Source: Tubulanus polymorphus
Lineage: Eukaryota > Animalia > Nemertea
Assembly (NCBI RefSeq): GCF_964204645.1
Contig: NC_134030.1
Coordinates: 1,657,355-1,721,354, forward strand
Length of the DNA stretch: 64,000 nt
Reading direction: 5' to 3'
Shown: positions 47,562-60,415 of the stretch, in pieces
Layout: each line of letters starts with the position of its first letter
Position numbering within the stretch: position 1 is the stretch's first letter
Program-made: the position numbers and the translations under genes
The notes under the pieces: model-generated
What the model was told of the DNA's origin: nothing
The model's input: the letters and a program-made list of their open reading frames with translations, nothing else
Database searches by the model: none

Positions 47562-50500
47562 TAGTTATCTTGGTCTCGCAACTTTACCACCTCAGTACCG
47601 GCGACGCATCACTCGTAATCCTCGCCTTCCATGCCGCGCATTTAGCTATCCTCGCTTGCCGGGGTTTAATTGGTTCTGCCCAATCAGATGCGTTGTTTTT
47701 CTACCAATAAGGGGCGCCAATTTAAACCCCGGCAAGCGAGGATTAATTTGTCAGCGTTGCCACCGTTAGCTCCAGTACTGTGCCATTGTCAGTTAGACTG
47801 GGTCTGAAATGGTGGTGGCAAGCTGCAGGTCTGGACTGCGCGACCAACATTTTCCGTTTCTACATCCGAAATCTACACGTTTTCTTGGCACGTGGTAATA
47901 AGAGTGTGGTTGGTTTTTGTTCGAACGCGCCTCTGGTAGTAGACTGGTTGCCAGTTTAAAATAGACTGGTTGCCGGTCTCTTCCTGTAGACCGTTTACCG
48001 GTCTCTATCTTTCATTAGAGACCGGTTGTGCCCATCCTCCATTTTACATTTTCGATGCATGTCAAATAAGGTCAAACATGTAAAGTAGCAAGTTACTTCC
48101 TGGTTAAGATGGCGTCTCTTCGAATCTGCTTGGCTTCGAGCGATATTAAAATTGTCCTTTATAATGGACGGAAAGACATTAATTGCTGTAAGTATCAGAT
48201 AAATCCGCTGATAATTTACCTGGTATTCGAAATACCGACTAACAAGGATCGAAATCTAATGCGAGGTGAGCTCTGCCGCGACCGTCACTGAATACAGAAC
48301 ATTCTGAAGGAACAGAGGACATCCTTCCTATAACTACCGTTCGTGGGATGTATTTAGTGAATTGATGTTTTAATACAGTGTTGTAAAATGACTATATTTA
48401 GTTTCTGAATAAAGTTTACAATTGCTGAACTCCTTAGTGCTTTGTTAGATCAGATATTTGGATCCACCTCAGCCAACTGATTTCCTGATACAGACAGAAA
48501 GTTGGGACAGTCAAATTAAGAGATTTGGTCAAGACAAATTACTCAGATCACACTGGAAATTCGCAATATCCTCTCTCCTCATGGACCACACATTGTCAAT
48601 GTTGACTTTGCTAGAAATCGATTATAAAATTCATCACGACCAATTCTTTTTCACTGAATTTAATATTTATTGTTCACTTCTGGTACAAAATCTTGTTCAG
48701 CCCCTGACAAGAGAATAAACAATGACACTACGTATTTCATGACATAGAACAGTAGTTTTTTTTTCATCGACAAATTGGGACGATCCTGATGATATCCCTG
48801 ATTTGAATGATAGTGTCTTTAGAATCATAAAGACCATGTCTCGACCAGACAGATAATCCAATCACAATTCAAATTGAAGGCTCGCTAGTGCAGTTATTCA
48901 CAGAATCCAGCTCTTTAAACCTCATCAGTTTATCAGAATCGAGGAGTTTCACCACCTGTTATTTGGAATCTCATTTCATGACAGCTAGTGCTGATTCTTT
49001 ATTCTCTTTGATTACTGCATGATGTTATCATTCTGAAATTAAAATACATATCACACTTATAATTAAACCTGGATTGACTTTACAAATTAATGGTTCAGAA
49101 TCCATTTTTCTAACTTACCTTGATGTATTGCAATCTATTCATTTTATGTTGAGCTAATTTGATACGCATAACTTCAATTTCTTAAAACATCCTACGAGTT
49201 GTGACTCACAAAATCATCACTAAAACGCCACAATAATCTACAATAGATAATCAATATAGTTTTTGTGAAATAGCACTCATATTCAATGTTCACATCTTAC
49301 GAAGTAAGTAAGTAGGTGAAGTTACCTCGTTGGTGTGATTATTTTCACTGGATCAACTGCTGATGTCCAATGTCGCATAAAGAACAATCAATCAATCGCC
49401 TCGAGTGAACAAATAAGTTGCCTCTGCTGCATGGTTCAGTATGTTAGTAGTGGTAGTAGTATTGTATGTATTGTTACCGATATTTTCGGTACCACACGCT
49501 AAACAAGTGCCTGCAGAAGCGTTACCCGGCAGTTTTAATGAAATTTCGTTCTTCATTGATATAAACAAGAAAATTAATTTTGATAAACTATTTGACGCCT
49601 GCGAAAAAATGTAGAATTTCTAGGATAAGCTAATGTGGATTTGCAAACTTGAAATCGAAGTTTTAAGAAATTTGAGGAATTATAACATTTGGCGATTGGG
49701 TAGATGATACTTCGACTGTAGGTATAGTGGTTTAATTTTTTTATCAATATTTTTATCAATTATTTTGTCAATAATTGATAACTTGCGACCGACTTCATTC
49801 ATTCATATTTGCCTCTAAGCTGGTCTGCAACTTCATTGCCTCCATAGTTGAAGAAAGAGCTCTTCTGATGTCTGCTTCATCATGACTTCGAGCATATCGT
49901 GTGGCTTAGAAGGCTGGCCCGGTCCCCGGGCCCGGGTTTGGCTGTCACTCGATATACTAAAAATTTAGTCTTGAGTCTGGGTTGAAGTAGACATTGTCAT
50001 TTAGAATAATTTGTTTATGTTATTCTCTATGAATTACTCGTGTGTCTTGTATGTTGTATTTTCTTACTTTAAAATGTGTAACTTTATTGAATTTGGGAAT
50101 TTAAATCCCGGAATTTCAATGTAATAACGATCATAAAGAATTGAATTGAATTGTCACCTAATACACTTGCCATCAGAGCACGCGGAGCCGTATGTAACAG
50201 CTAGGCTATTATAAATTGCTAATCTCATGAAACCTGCATATCCCCCTAATATCGAACATATTTTCTAAAAAATTTGAATATTGAAATTATATGTTTACAC
50301 ATTTGAATATTGACCGCTTGTAGCCGCTGATGAAATTCACACCGGCCCTACACAGATCGTAGATAGCTTCGTCATTCCACCAACATCCCCATGTCAGGGT
50401 CTGACTTTAATATCAGACTTCCGCATCGTGTATACATCCGCCATTTACTTATCATTTCTATTTATGCCTGCCGCTTCTGATATAATCATACATCCTTAAC

Positions 50501-50703
50501 TATTACAATACGTCTCCTAATGATATTCAATGCAATATAACATTCCGACGTTCAAATAGAGGTCATTACATAATCACAGGAAGCCTTTCTACATGTTTGT
50601 CAATAATCACGATAGGTAGAACACAATATCCGTGTTGACGCGATGAGGAGAGAATCCCACAATGATAATAAAAAGTCCGAAAATGAAACTTCGAGATAGT
50701 AGT

Positions 50704-50749
50704 TTATTCAACGTTTCGACTATATCCTAATAGTCATCTTCAGGAATAA
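50704..50749 (-). ncRNA. Minimal type I hammerhead ribozyme (inverted pLTR)
   Basis: Exact reverse complement of 52043-52088. Confidence 0.85.
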
Positions 50750-52042
50750 TGAGATACTACAGAAATATGAGATATATATACAATCCAGGGACAAAGAGAC
50801 TAATTCAAGTAATCAGAGATGATACAAACTAAAGGAAAATTAACGTAGAAACAGTTACACGCTAAAATAGATTAAAGGGAAGCAAACTAAGGGGTGATTA
50901 TAAACAACAATAGTGAGTATAAATATAAATGAAACTTAAAGTCAGTAGTAAAAAGAAATACAAACTAAGGGGCACTTAAATTAAAACAAAGGTGAATACA
51001 AGTTAAGTCAGAGACGAAATTGATGAGAGAACAAATAACAAATAATCAAAGGGGAAATCAAGTGTTGAGTTTAACCAGTTTACAGAGGAATTTTGATATA
51101 AGTTTATTATGGGGTGAAAAACCATTGTTAAGGTTTACAACGTTGTTCGAATTTTCAATAATTAATGCAGATTCCAAAATATGTCTTCTAGTTTTATCGC
51201 TGCAAGGGTATACTAATTCAGCATTAACAAAATCAAAATTGTGTGAAGTCTGAAAAACATGACTAGCAACTCCGCTTTCAGGTTTAAAGTTTTTTACATC
51301 TAATTTATGCTCTTTTATGCGTTGATTAAGATTCCGACCTGTTTCTCCTATATATACTTTGTCGCAAACTTTACAAGGTATTTTATAAACTAAACTGTGG
51401 AATTTATAAAATACCTTGTAAAGTTTGCGACAAAGTATATATAGGAGAAACAGGTCGGAATCTTAATCAACGCATAAAAGAGCATAAATTAGATGTAAAA
51501 AACTTTAAACCTGAAAGCGGAGTTGCTAGTCATGTTTTTCAGACTTCACACAATTTTGATTTTGTTAATGCTGAATTAGTATACCCTTGCAGCGATAAAA
51601 CTAGAAGACATATTTTGGAATCTGCATTAATTATTGAAAATTCGAACAACGTTGTAAACCTTAACAATGGTTTTTCACCCCATAATAAACTTATATCAAA
51701 ATTCCTCTGTAAACTGGTTAAACTCAACACTTGATTTCCCCTTTGATTATTTGTTATTTGTTCTCTCATCAATTTCGTCTCTGACTTAACTTGTATTCAC
51801 CTTTGTTTTAATTTAAGTGCCCCTTAGTTTGTATTTCTTTTTACTACTGACTTTAAGTTTCATTTATATTTATACTCACTATTGTTGTTTATAATCACCC
51901 CTTAGTTTGCTTCCCTTTAATCTATTTTAGCGTGTAACTGTTTCTACGTTAATTTTCCTTTAGTTTGTATCATCTCTGATTACTTGAATTAGTCTCTTTG
52001 TCCCTGGATTGTATATATATCTCATATTTCTGTAGTATCTCA

Positions 52043-52088
52043 TTATTCCTGAAGATGACTATTAGGATATAGTCGAAACGTTGAATAA
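52043..52088 (+). ncRNA. Minimal type I hammerhead ribozyme (5' pLTR)
   Basis: Stem I TTATTC/GAATAA; core CTGAAGA; extra T; stem II GACTAT/ATAGTC; GAAA; loopless palindromic stem III ACGT; predicted cleavage after GUU (52082). Confidence 0.87.
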
Positions 52089-52187
52089 ACTACTATCTCG
52101 AAGTTTCATTTTCGGACTTTTTATTATCATTGTGGGATTCTCTCCTCATCGCGTCAACACGGATATTGTGTTCTACCTATCGTGATC

Positions 52188-54590
52188 ATGCTACCCACGG
52201 ATCGAAATATCGTATTAAAATTCTTCTTCTTTACGTTCCCGTACCTCGTCGCTAGCTTCCGAAATTATGAGAAATGCTATATCAAATCCAGGACTGCTAA
52301 AAGTAAAGTCAAGTTCCTTCAGGAGTGTTATGCCGAAAAAGTGGTTCCGCGATCACTTTCTTGGATTTGGAAATACGACTCCAGCTCTGCGTTTCCACCC
52401 GAAGCTAACTAGCAACTCAAATTCGCTATAGATCGTGCTAAGGAAGACTGTAACTATCAGTTCTACAAATTCCGTCAATCTCAAAATTATTTGAAGTCAC
52501 ACGTACCGGACCTATTCCTCTGGAAATCGCTCTCCACTATTGTTCAAGGCTCTGGAAAATATCATCAGCACAGAAAGTCCGTGGATCTTACCAACCAACT
52601 GAATAAACTCATTGATTCCAGCCCTTGGACTAGATTTAGCAACACCGAAAACATAGTAAATTTGTCTTCAACCACGTTATCTTCTACTCAGTGTCAACTT
52701 CTCGGCTACGGTTTGAATTTTTCTCTTCCTCATCAAGATAAACATGTTTTAGACTTTGTCACCCAATTGGAATATCGCAAATCATCTCCGAACAGTTTGG
52801 ACTATAACTTTATATTCATGAATCTACAGGCTATATGCGATCAACTCAACAGGAACCTTTTTGAATATCTACCTCGTCGATTTCGGCTCGCCCTCCAAGA
52901 ACTACGGAAGTTAAAGACTATTAAAATATCTAAGGCTGATAAAGGTGGCAAGATTGTGATTTTAGATCTGGATAATTATAATGTTAAAATGCAATCTCTC
53001 TTGGATAATCCTGGTGTTTATAAGAAACTTAAATCGAATCCTCTTCCTCGTATGCAAGCTAATTTCAACAGAAGTCTTTCGGATATTATTAAACGTTTCC
53101 CCTCCGCTAAAGAAACTCTGAATAAGTTCCATTCACGTCTTCCCTCTTTACCATATATCTATGGATTGCCTAAAATTCATAAAGATAATGTTCCACTGCG
53201 CCCTATAGTCTCCAATTGTAATTCTCCTACATACCGGTTATCTAAATTTCTCGCGAAACAGTTATCTCCGGTGCTCGGTTCGTTCTCTCCGTCGCACCTT
53301 CGCCATAATCAACACTTACTTGAACGTATTAAGAATATTATCCCTGGCAACGACAAATTTATATCATTTGATGTTACTTCCCTTTTTACCAATGTTCCTC
53401 TTGGACCTACTCTTGATTTCTTAAAACGCAGATTACCATCACTTAACATTAACTTCGGCATTCCTACGGATTGTATCATCGACCTTATCTCTATTTGTAC
53501 GACGGACTCCTTTTTTGAATTCAACAATTGTTTTTACGAACAGACATTCGGTATCGCTATGGGAAATCCTCTAAGTCCTATTCTAGCTAATTTATTCCTA
53601 GAACATGTTGAATCTGAAATATTGCCTCTTTACACTGATATTCACCCTAAAATCTGGCTCAGATATGTTGACGATGTTCTGGCTTTGGTTCCCTTTGACT
53701 TCAATGTTGATAACTTTCTTATATATTTAAACTCCCTTTACCCGTCTCTGGCTTTTACGTATGAATGGGAATCTAATAGTAAAATACCTTTTCTGGATGT
53801 TTTGATTTTTAACTGTGGATCCTTTTTGAAATTCGCGGTTTATAGGAAACCTACCAACGCTGAATCCTACCTCCATTACTTCTCTTTTACTTCTCCGGAT
53901 ATTAAACTCGGTTTAGCTCAAGGATTATTTCTTCGCGCTTTGAGAATTTGCGACCCCTCATTTCTACCCGATGAAATTCACCATATTAACCAATCTCTCA
54001 AAAAACTTGCCTACCCCGATTTCCTATTGAAAAAAGCTCTACTTAAAGCTCGTACTACGCATTTTAGAAATAACAACCTTAGAACTCCTACTTTGGCTAC
54101 CGATAAACAGCCTATCATTGTACCGTATGTACCTTTCCTCGAGAATTCTAAAGTTTCTCTTCGGTCACTAAATAAACAACTCATCTTTAAATACAATAAT
54201 AAACTCAGTAACATATTGATTAACAACAAACCGAAAACCATATCCCTAAACTGTGGAATTTATAAAATACCTTGTAAAGTTTGCGACAAAGTATATATAG
54301 GAGAAACAGGTCGGAATCTTAATCAACGCATAAAAGAGCATAAATTAGATGTAAAAAACTTTAAACCTGAAAGCGGAGTTGCTAGTCATGTTTTTCAGAC
54401 TTCACACAATTTTGATTTTGTTAATGCTGAATTAGTATACCCTTGCAGCGATAAAACTAGAAGACATATTTTGGAATCTGCATTAATTATTGAAAATTCG
54501 AACAACGTTGTAAACCTTAACAATGGTTTTTCACCCCATAATAAACTTATATCAAAATTCCTCTGTAAACTGGTTAAACTCAACACTTGA
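52188..54590 (+). CDS. Penelope-type RT + GIY-YIG endonuclease (800 codons; single in-frame TAG at 52410-52412)
   Basis: KADKG, YGLPKIHK..PLRPIVS, SFDVTSLFTNVP, QTFGIAMGNPLSP, RYVDD, FLDV, GIYKIPCKVCDKVYIGETGR..RIKEH; track ORFs 52182 and 52491 share a frame. Confidence 0.95.
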
Positions 54591-54898
54591 TTTCCCCTTT
54601 GATTATTTGTTATTTGTTCTCTCATCAATTTCGTCTCTGACTTAACTTGTATTCACCTTTGTTTTAATTTAAGTGCCCCTTAGTTTGTATTTCTTTTTAC
54701 TACTGACTTTAAGTTTCATTTATATTTATACTCACTATTGTTGTTTATAATCACCCCTTAGTTTGCTTCCCTTTAATCTATTTTAGCGTGTAACTGTTTC
54801 TACGTTAATTTTCCTTTAGTTTGTATCATCTCTGATTACTTGAATTAGTCTCTTTGTCCCTGGATTGTATATATATCTCATATTTCTGTAGTATCTCA

Positions 54899-54944
54899 TT
54901 ATTCCTGAAGATGACTATTAGGATATAGTCGAAACGTTGAATAA
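54899..54944 (+). ncRNA. Minimal type I hammerhead ribozyme (3' pLTR)
   Basis: Identical to 52043-52088. Confidence 0.87.
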
Positions 54945-57589
54945 ACTACTATCTCGAAGTTTCATTTTCGGACTTTTTATTATCATTGTGGGATTCTCTC
55001 CTCATTGTCAATAATATTTTGCCAAATAGCTTGTATGTGTACACATAGACCTGTGACGTTTTGCACATCGATTTACAGTTGTCGTTTGTAAAATGACGCT
55101 GAATGGTTAACATTGTTCAGGTTTCATAATAGTAACGTTTTATAAGGCGTCAAAATGACTTTAAAGAGGTCCATGCGGGAACGTAAATCGCGACTCTGTG
55201 TAGGCGGCCATGTTACATAGTTCACGTGATGAAATACTGAAATCTGATTGGATCCGTAGATTCCGCGGAAAATGGCGGACGGGCAAAACCTGTCCCATAT
55301 TGAATGGCACAGGCAACCAGTCTAGTTTTCTAAACGATGTATTTATTACTCGCGTACCACAATATTTATTACTCGCGTACCACAGTCGGACAATCGACCT
55401 ATGTACGATCTCCACCGTCGCGTGCTGCCTTTACATAAACAATAAGCGGTAAATCTGTGAACTAATTTCTAACCTCACTTGCCACAGTAAGACACCGATC
55501 GGCAGCCGACGAAGTTAATCCCAGTCCAGTGACTAAATCGCAAATTTAGCACCAGAGGCTGAAAGTTGTTGGGAATGCGTGGCTGTAAATCATAAATAAA
55601 ATATATATTAAACTAAAAGTATGTGTTTATGTTGATGGTTGAGTTTTTGTCAAGGTGTGGAATGCGCGTTTGTGCCGATCATACAGCAACTTATGATTGT
55701 TTGTACATCACAGCCAGAACCCAGGTCCACTCATTAGGATCCAGTTCCACAGATCAGGATCCAGCTCCTAGGATCCAGTTCCACAGATCAGGATCCAGCT
55801 CACAGAATCCAGTTGCATATAGTTTGATCCAAGGTTAGACTTATAGTAATATGTTCATTTCCACAGTGTTAGTCTTGACTTTAATTTTGAGCATACAAAA
55901 ACATCTCGATTCAACGGACGGCTAATTACGATTCAAGAGAGGCTTCTAGGTATAATGTGAACAAATGTTTTAAATGAAGTTAAATGATTTAATGTAGATA
56001 GTTTAAAGTCGATGAGCCTCTGATTTTAATCTATACATGTTCACGGATTTGTCCCATTATAACCTATTTCTTATAATCACAGGTCAGCGGTCGCCATTGT
56101 GTCCGGATTCAGGTTGAATTTTGATCGACTTTTTTCACAATGGAATCGGTGCGCATTCCTTTACCGGATATCGATCGTATGGTATTGTTATAGATAATCG
56201 CTTGGATGGACCGCAACTCTTCCGATCCATTTTACCTGACCAGCACCTTCCTTTCGACCACTGGACACCAGACAGCTAGCACCTCCTGTGAAAATTCTCC
56301 CGGAACCCGAACGTGTTTGGTAAGTGTTAACATTTGACATAACCATTAGAAATTTATTCGTAAGAAACTTTATGAACTTGTTTCATTTCCGCTTATGTTT
56401 TCCGCACCCAGTTGAACAGTTTAAGAATGATTTTGACTCTTTAAAAGTTAAATTTTTTGACGATGAAATTAATTACTCTTACTAAACAATTCATTTCAAA
56501 TGTGGCTGACTCTTGACTGGTTAAACTCAATTAGATTGACTTTAAGCCCGGGTTAATATTGATACTGCTCTATTAAACCAGCCCCTGTTCTCAATTTTTT
56601 AAGTTTTATTGCCATTGTCAATGAGGACAACAATTTGTACTTAACCGTTTTTAGCTTAATGTTCTCACAAACTCGCTAGGCCATGGTGGCAAATTCTAAT
56701 TTCATTGAAGTTTGTACTGTTTAATACATGTCATCAAAATTTTAATTTCAAAATCAAAATAATTTGAAGTGTTCAATGTGTTGTCCTCTTTTGTAGGATA
56801 GCGAAAACACACTGTTGGAAATAACTGAAGTCTGAACAAATCGTTGAGAAGCGCAATTCTTTTTGGTGAGTAAGTATATATCGCTTTCTTTCATCATTTT
56901 CATTCTTTTACAACTCCCAGTCTTAAATGTATCAATCAGTTTCCCTCAGGCCAGGTACCCATCTTGGGTGGAGCAGGGAGGTCACCTCCCTGAGTGTCGT
57001 GCGGAATTCGAACACGTGAGTTGCTTCCCAGATTCGAACGCGACAACCACGGCTCGCCCGCTGTTAAATCTTTCGTAATTTTTTAGGAGTCCTAAAACCG
57101 TTTTTAGTTTGAAAAAAATTGTATTCAAAACTTCTGAAAAAAACTATTTACTTATTGAGATAATACGCAAATTCATTTCTGAAATCCCTTTTGTCGAACC
57201 GGGTGATTTATCTCATCGCTATATCTGCGGCGAAAAAACCGATATGCGCGAGCAGTTCTGAACGGCGGGGAATCCCCGTAACGTTCTCCGCAGCAAAGCC
57301 ACGTGACACGACTAACTTGTACGTGCGTGCTCCGTATTAGTGAAGACACTGCTACTCACGAGATGCTGGTTCAGAGATCGCCGCCAGTACTCTTAGACTA
57401 GTTGAGGTCGCACTCTAGAGCAGCGAGATTTATAAAATAGATACCGCGCTCTTTGAATTGATGTCAGTATTCTTTAGATCTCTCAAACCGGCTGAGTAAC
57501 TTTTGAATTCTATGTTTTCTCTAGCATTTGCTGGTGAGTCATCGATCCACATCGGGGACCGCACCTAGGAGCAGCAAGTAGGAGCATCC

Positions 57590-57810
57590 ACTGGGACCAC
57601 ACCTAGGAGCAGCCACAGGGACCACACCTAGGAGCAGCCACAGGGACCACATCTAGGAGCAGCCACAGGGACCACACCTAGGAGCAGCCACAGGGACCAC
57701 ACCTAGGAGCAGCCACAGGGACCACACCTAGGAGCAGCCACAGGGACCACACCTAGGAGCAGCCACACCTAGGAGCAGCCACAGGGACCACACCTAGGAG
57801 CAGCCACAGG
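57590..57810. repeat. 25-bp tandem repeat, ~8 copies
   Basis: GGACCACACCTAGGAGCAGCCACAG units. Confidence 0.9.
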
Positions 57811-59499
57811 AGGGACTGACCTGAATTGGGAATCACTGAATGGAAAAGATAAGTAGAGATATATTTATTATTAAACTACAATATTTTTGGAGTACAGGTC
57901 TTGAGATGTTTTCAAACTTCCCATCATCTCTTCAGGTGTTTCTGTTGTAGTATGTGGTTATTTTTCTGTTCAAGTGTCGCCCCCATATTTTTCTGATTGC
58001 TAGCAAAAAACAGGGTTAAATTGCTGTATCAAGCATATTACGATGTTAGATTAATTTGTTCTTGTTGTTCAGGCGTTTCTGCAGTTTTTGAATGTTTTAA
58101 TGTAAAGTCCATCACCGATTTACACACCACATTCAGGTATTCTCTATCGTGATAAATTGTGAATCAAAAACTTACATATTTAGACTTAATTAGAAATTCA
58201 TTGGTTCAAAAGGTTTTCATTTATAAAAAAATGTTAAAATTGATTGAAAATAATTACATTGTTGTAATGGGAGTGATTTTTCGACCCTAATTAACATCGA
58301 AAAAGTTAAACAGAAAATTTAGAAAAAAATAATGAAATAAATAATAAAATAGATAAGTAAATCTAGTCCTGCTTTCACAAAAAAGTTTTGTTCAGACTTT
58401 TTGGGAAACTGGATATATATATATAACTTATATTTATTTTAATCATAAGGTATAATATAGCAATTGACTTGAAATGAATATCATACTAGTATTTATAAAC
58501 ATACAAATCTTCATTAACAAACTAGGGCAAAACATCCCAAAAACGTTAGTTAAAGATATATCATAATTCATTTACTCATTTCAAAATGAGATTTACCATA
58601 TTTACATATATCATATCATATATCGTTATCTCAATTTTTATGGTTATTCAACTACCTCAATTCTGGGATTTATTAAATAGCAACAATTGTGCAAAATCTT
58701 AGTATTTTCACTGGTGTCACTTTCTTCTTTTTGCCGCTGCTTTTATTTAAAGAAAACACGTTGGCCTTCGTCAATTTGATAATAATAATTGTCTTATTTG
58801 GAAAGAAATTCTTGGATTCAGAAAATATAGCACTTGTATCTGAATTCTTGGAAATATTCATTGAATCATCAATCGAAGTGACAAAAATTAGACAAAAAAT
58901 ACTTTTAGTGGATAAATGGTGGTTGTAAGCGGGATTGTTAGACGGAGAGGGGAGATAGAGGAACCACTCGTCTTTTCTTCTGATGCTGTCCTGTCTTGCA
59001 TTCTGTGACGCAGATTGTAGTTGGATAAACACAGCTGATATCTCATTATCATCGTAATTGAAATGTATGTTGTACCTCTGAATCTGCATTCTTTTTTGGC
59101 GGCCGAGGTCCACTTGTTCCCTCACTACAACTGCTGTCCGATCCTTTTCTCTTTCTCGAGGTTTTGGAATTAATATTAAAAGTTCCGTCCATCAGCTCTT
59201 AGCCGTTGAGAAGTACTGCGTGAAAATGAGCAAAACTAGTAATCATAGCTTGACCTGGTTTCTCAATGATGATGTCACTGGGAAAGCCTTTTGGAATAGT
59301 TGAAAGGCTTGATGTTAATACTTGATCTGGATGGGTCAATAACAAATAAGGATTTGTGTTTTTCTAACCCATTTACGTAAGATATCAACAGACAGGGTTC
59401 ATTCAGAGGTCAATCCTAAATGTCCCTCCCTTGAGAAGAATGACATTTCAGGTCATCAAAAGATTAAAATTCATTTAAAATCTGAATCTTTGGCTTTTC

Positions 59500-60346
59500 T
59501 ATAAACAGATTGCAGATTGCATTGGCTTGAAACCTGCTTTTGGCATCTAGAAAAATAAGTAAAAATCATTTGAAAATACATTTTATAATGAGTCCGTCAA
59601 ACAGTTCAATACTTTCTTACACTTTTTCTTAACAAAGTATGAATAAATTAGCATGAAAACAGTAAATTTGTAATTGCAGCAGCTTAGCCGCTTGAAGTCG
59701 AAGGGTCTGCCCCCCCCCCCGTGTTTTTCTCTGAGCTTTCGGCATCTAGTAAGATAACTATGATATAATGATATTAATAGAAAAATTTAAAGTAAAAGTA
59801 TTGAATAAATTGAAGATACATCATATAATCGAGGCAGTCAAACAGTTCAGTACTTTCTTACAACTATTCTTAATCATGAATAAATTAGCATGGAAACAGT
59901 AAATGTGTACTTACAGTAGCATACGGGCTGGAACTTGAGGGGCCCGCGCCCCAGGTTTTTCTAATTGCTTTAGGCATTGTTGTAATGCATGGTATGAATA
60001 ATTAGCATGGAAGCAGTACATTTGTAATTGCAGCAGCTTATGGGCTGGAGGTCGGGCTGGAAGTTGAAGCTTCTGCGCCCCCTGTTTTTCTCTGAGGTTT
60101 CGGCATCTAGTAAAATAACTATGATATAATGATATTAATAGAAAAATTTAAAGTAAAAGTATTAAATAAATTGAAGATACATCATATAATCGAGGCAGTC
60201 AAACAGTTCAGTACTTTCTTACAACTATTCTTAAGCATGGTATGAATAAATAAGCATGGAAGCAGTAAATTTGTACTTACTTTATTATACGGGCTCGATG
60301 TTGAGGGGCCCGCGCCCCGTGTTTTTTTGGTTGCTTTTGGCATCTT
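59500..60346 (-). other. Tandem cluster of five MPK start-exon variants (ATGs at 60343, 60106, 59977, 59745, 59546)
   Basis: MPKATKKTRGAGPSTSSPYNK|gtaagt (intact), MPKPQRKTGGAEASTSSPTSSP*, MPKAIRKTWGAGPSSSSPYAT|gtaagt, MPKAQRKTRGG.., MPKAGFK..; shared flanking intron sequence. Confidence 0.8.
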
Positions 60347-60415
60347 CTAGAAAAACAAGTAAAAATATTAAATCATTTGAAAATATATCAGTCAGTCTTA
60401 TTCTGGTTCAGTGAA

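Larger units (their letters stand above)
50606..55005 (+). mobile_element. Penelope-like retroelement, inverted + tandem pseudo-LTR arrangement
   Basis: Direct pLTRs 51390-52149 = 54246-55005 (offset 2856); inverted copy 50606-51389; flanking duplication TTGTCAATAAT at 50597-50607 and 55005-55015. Confidence 0.97.

Noticed and set aside
51020-54628. Three identical 77-aa ORFs and other short minus-strand ORFs
   Set aside because: Antisense to the Penelope ORF/endonuclease end, repeated by the pLTRs
51390-55005. True LTR retrotransposon
   Set aside because: No TG...CA ends, PBS, gag or integrase; GIY-YIG domain and repeats overlapping the ORF end indicate a Penelope-like element
58673-59546. 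150-aa ORF as a terminal exon of the minus-strand MPK cluster
   Set aside because: The frame from ATG 59546 stops after 15 codons, other frames have multiple stops, and no domain is recognisable
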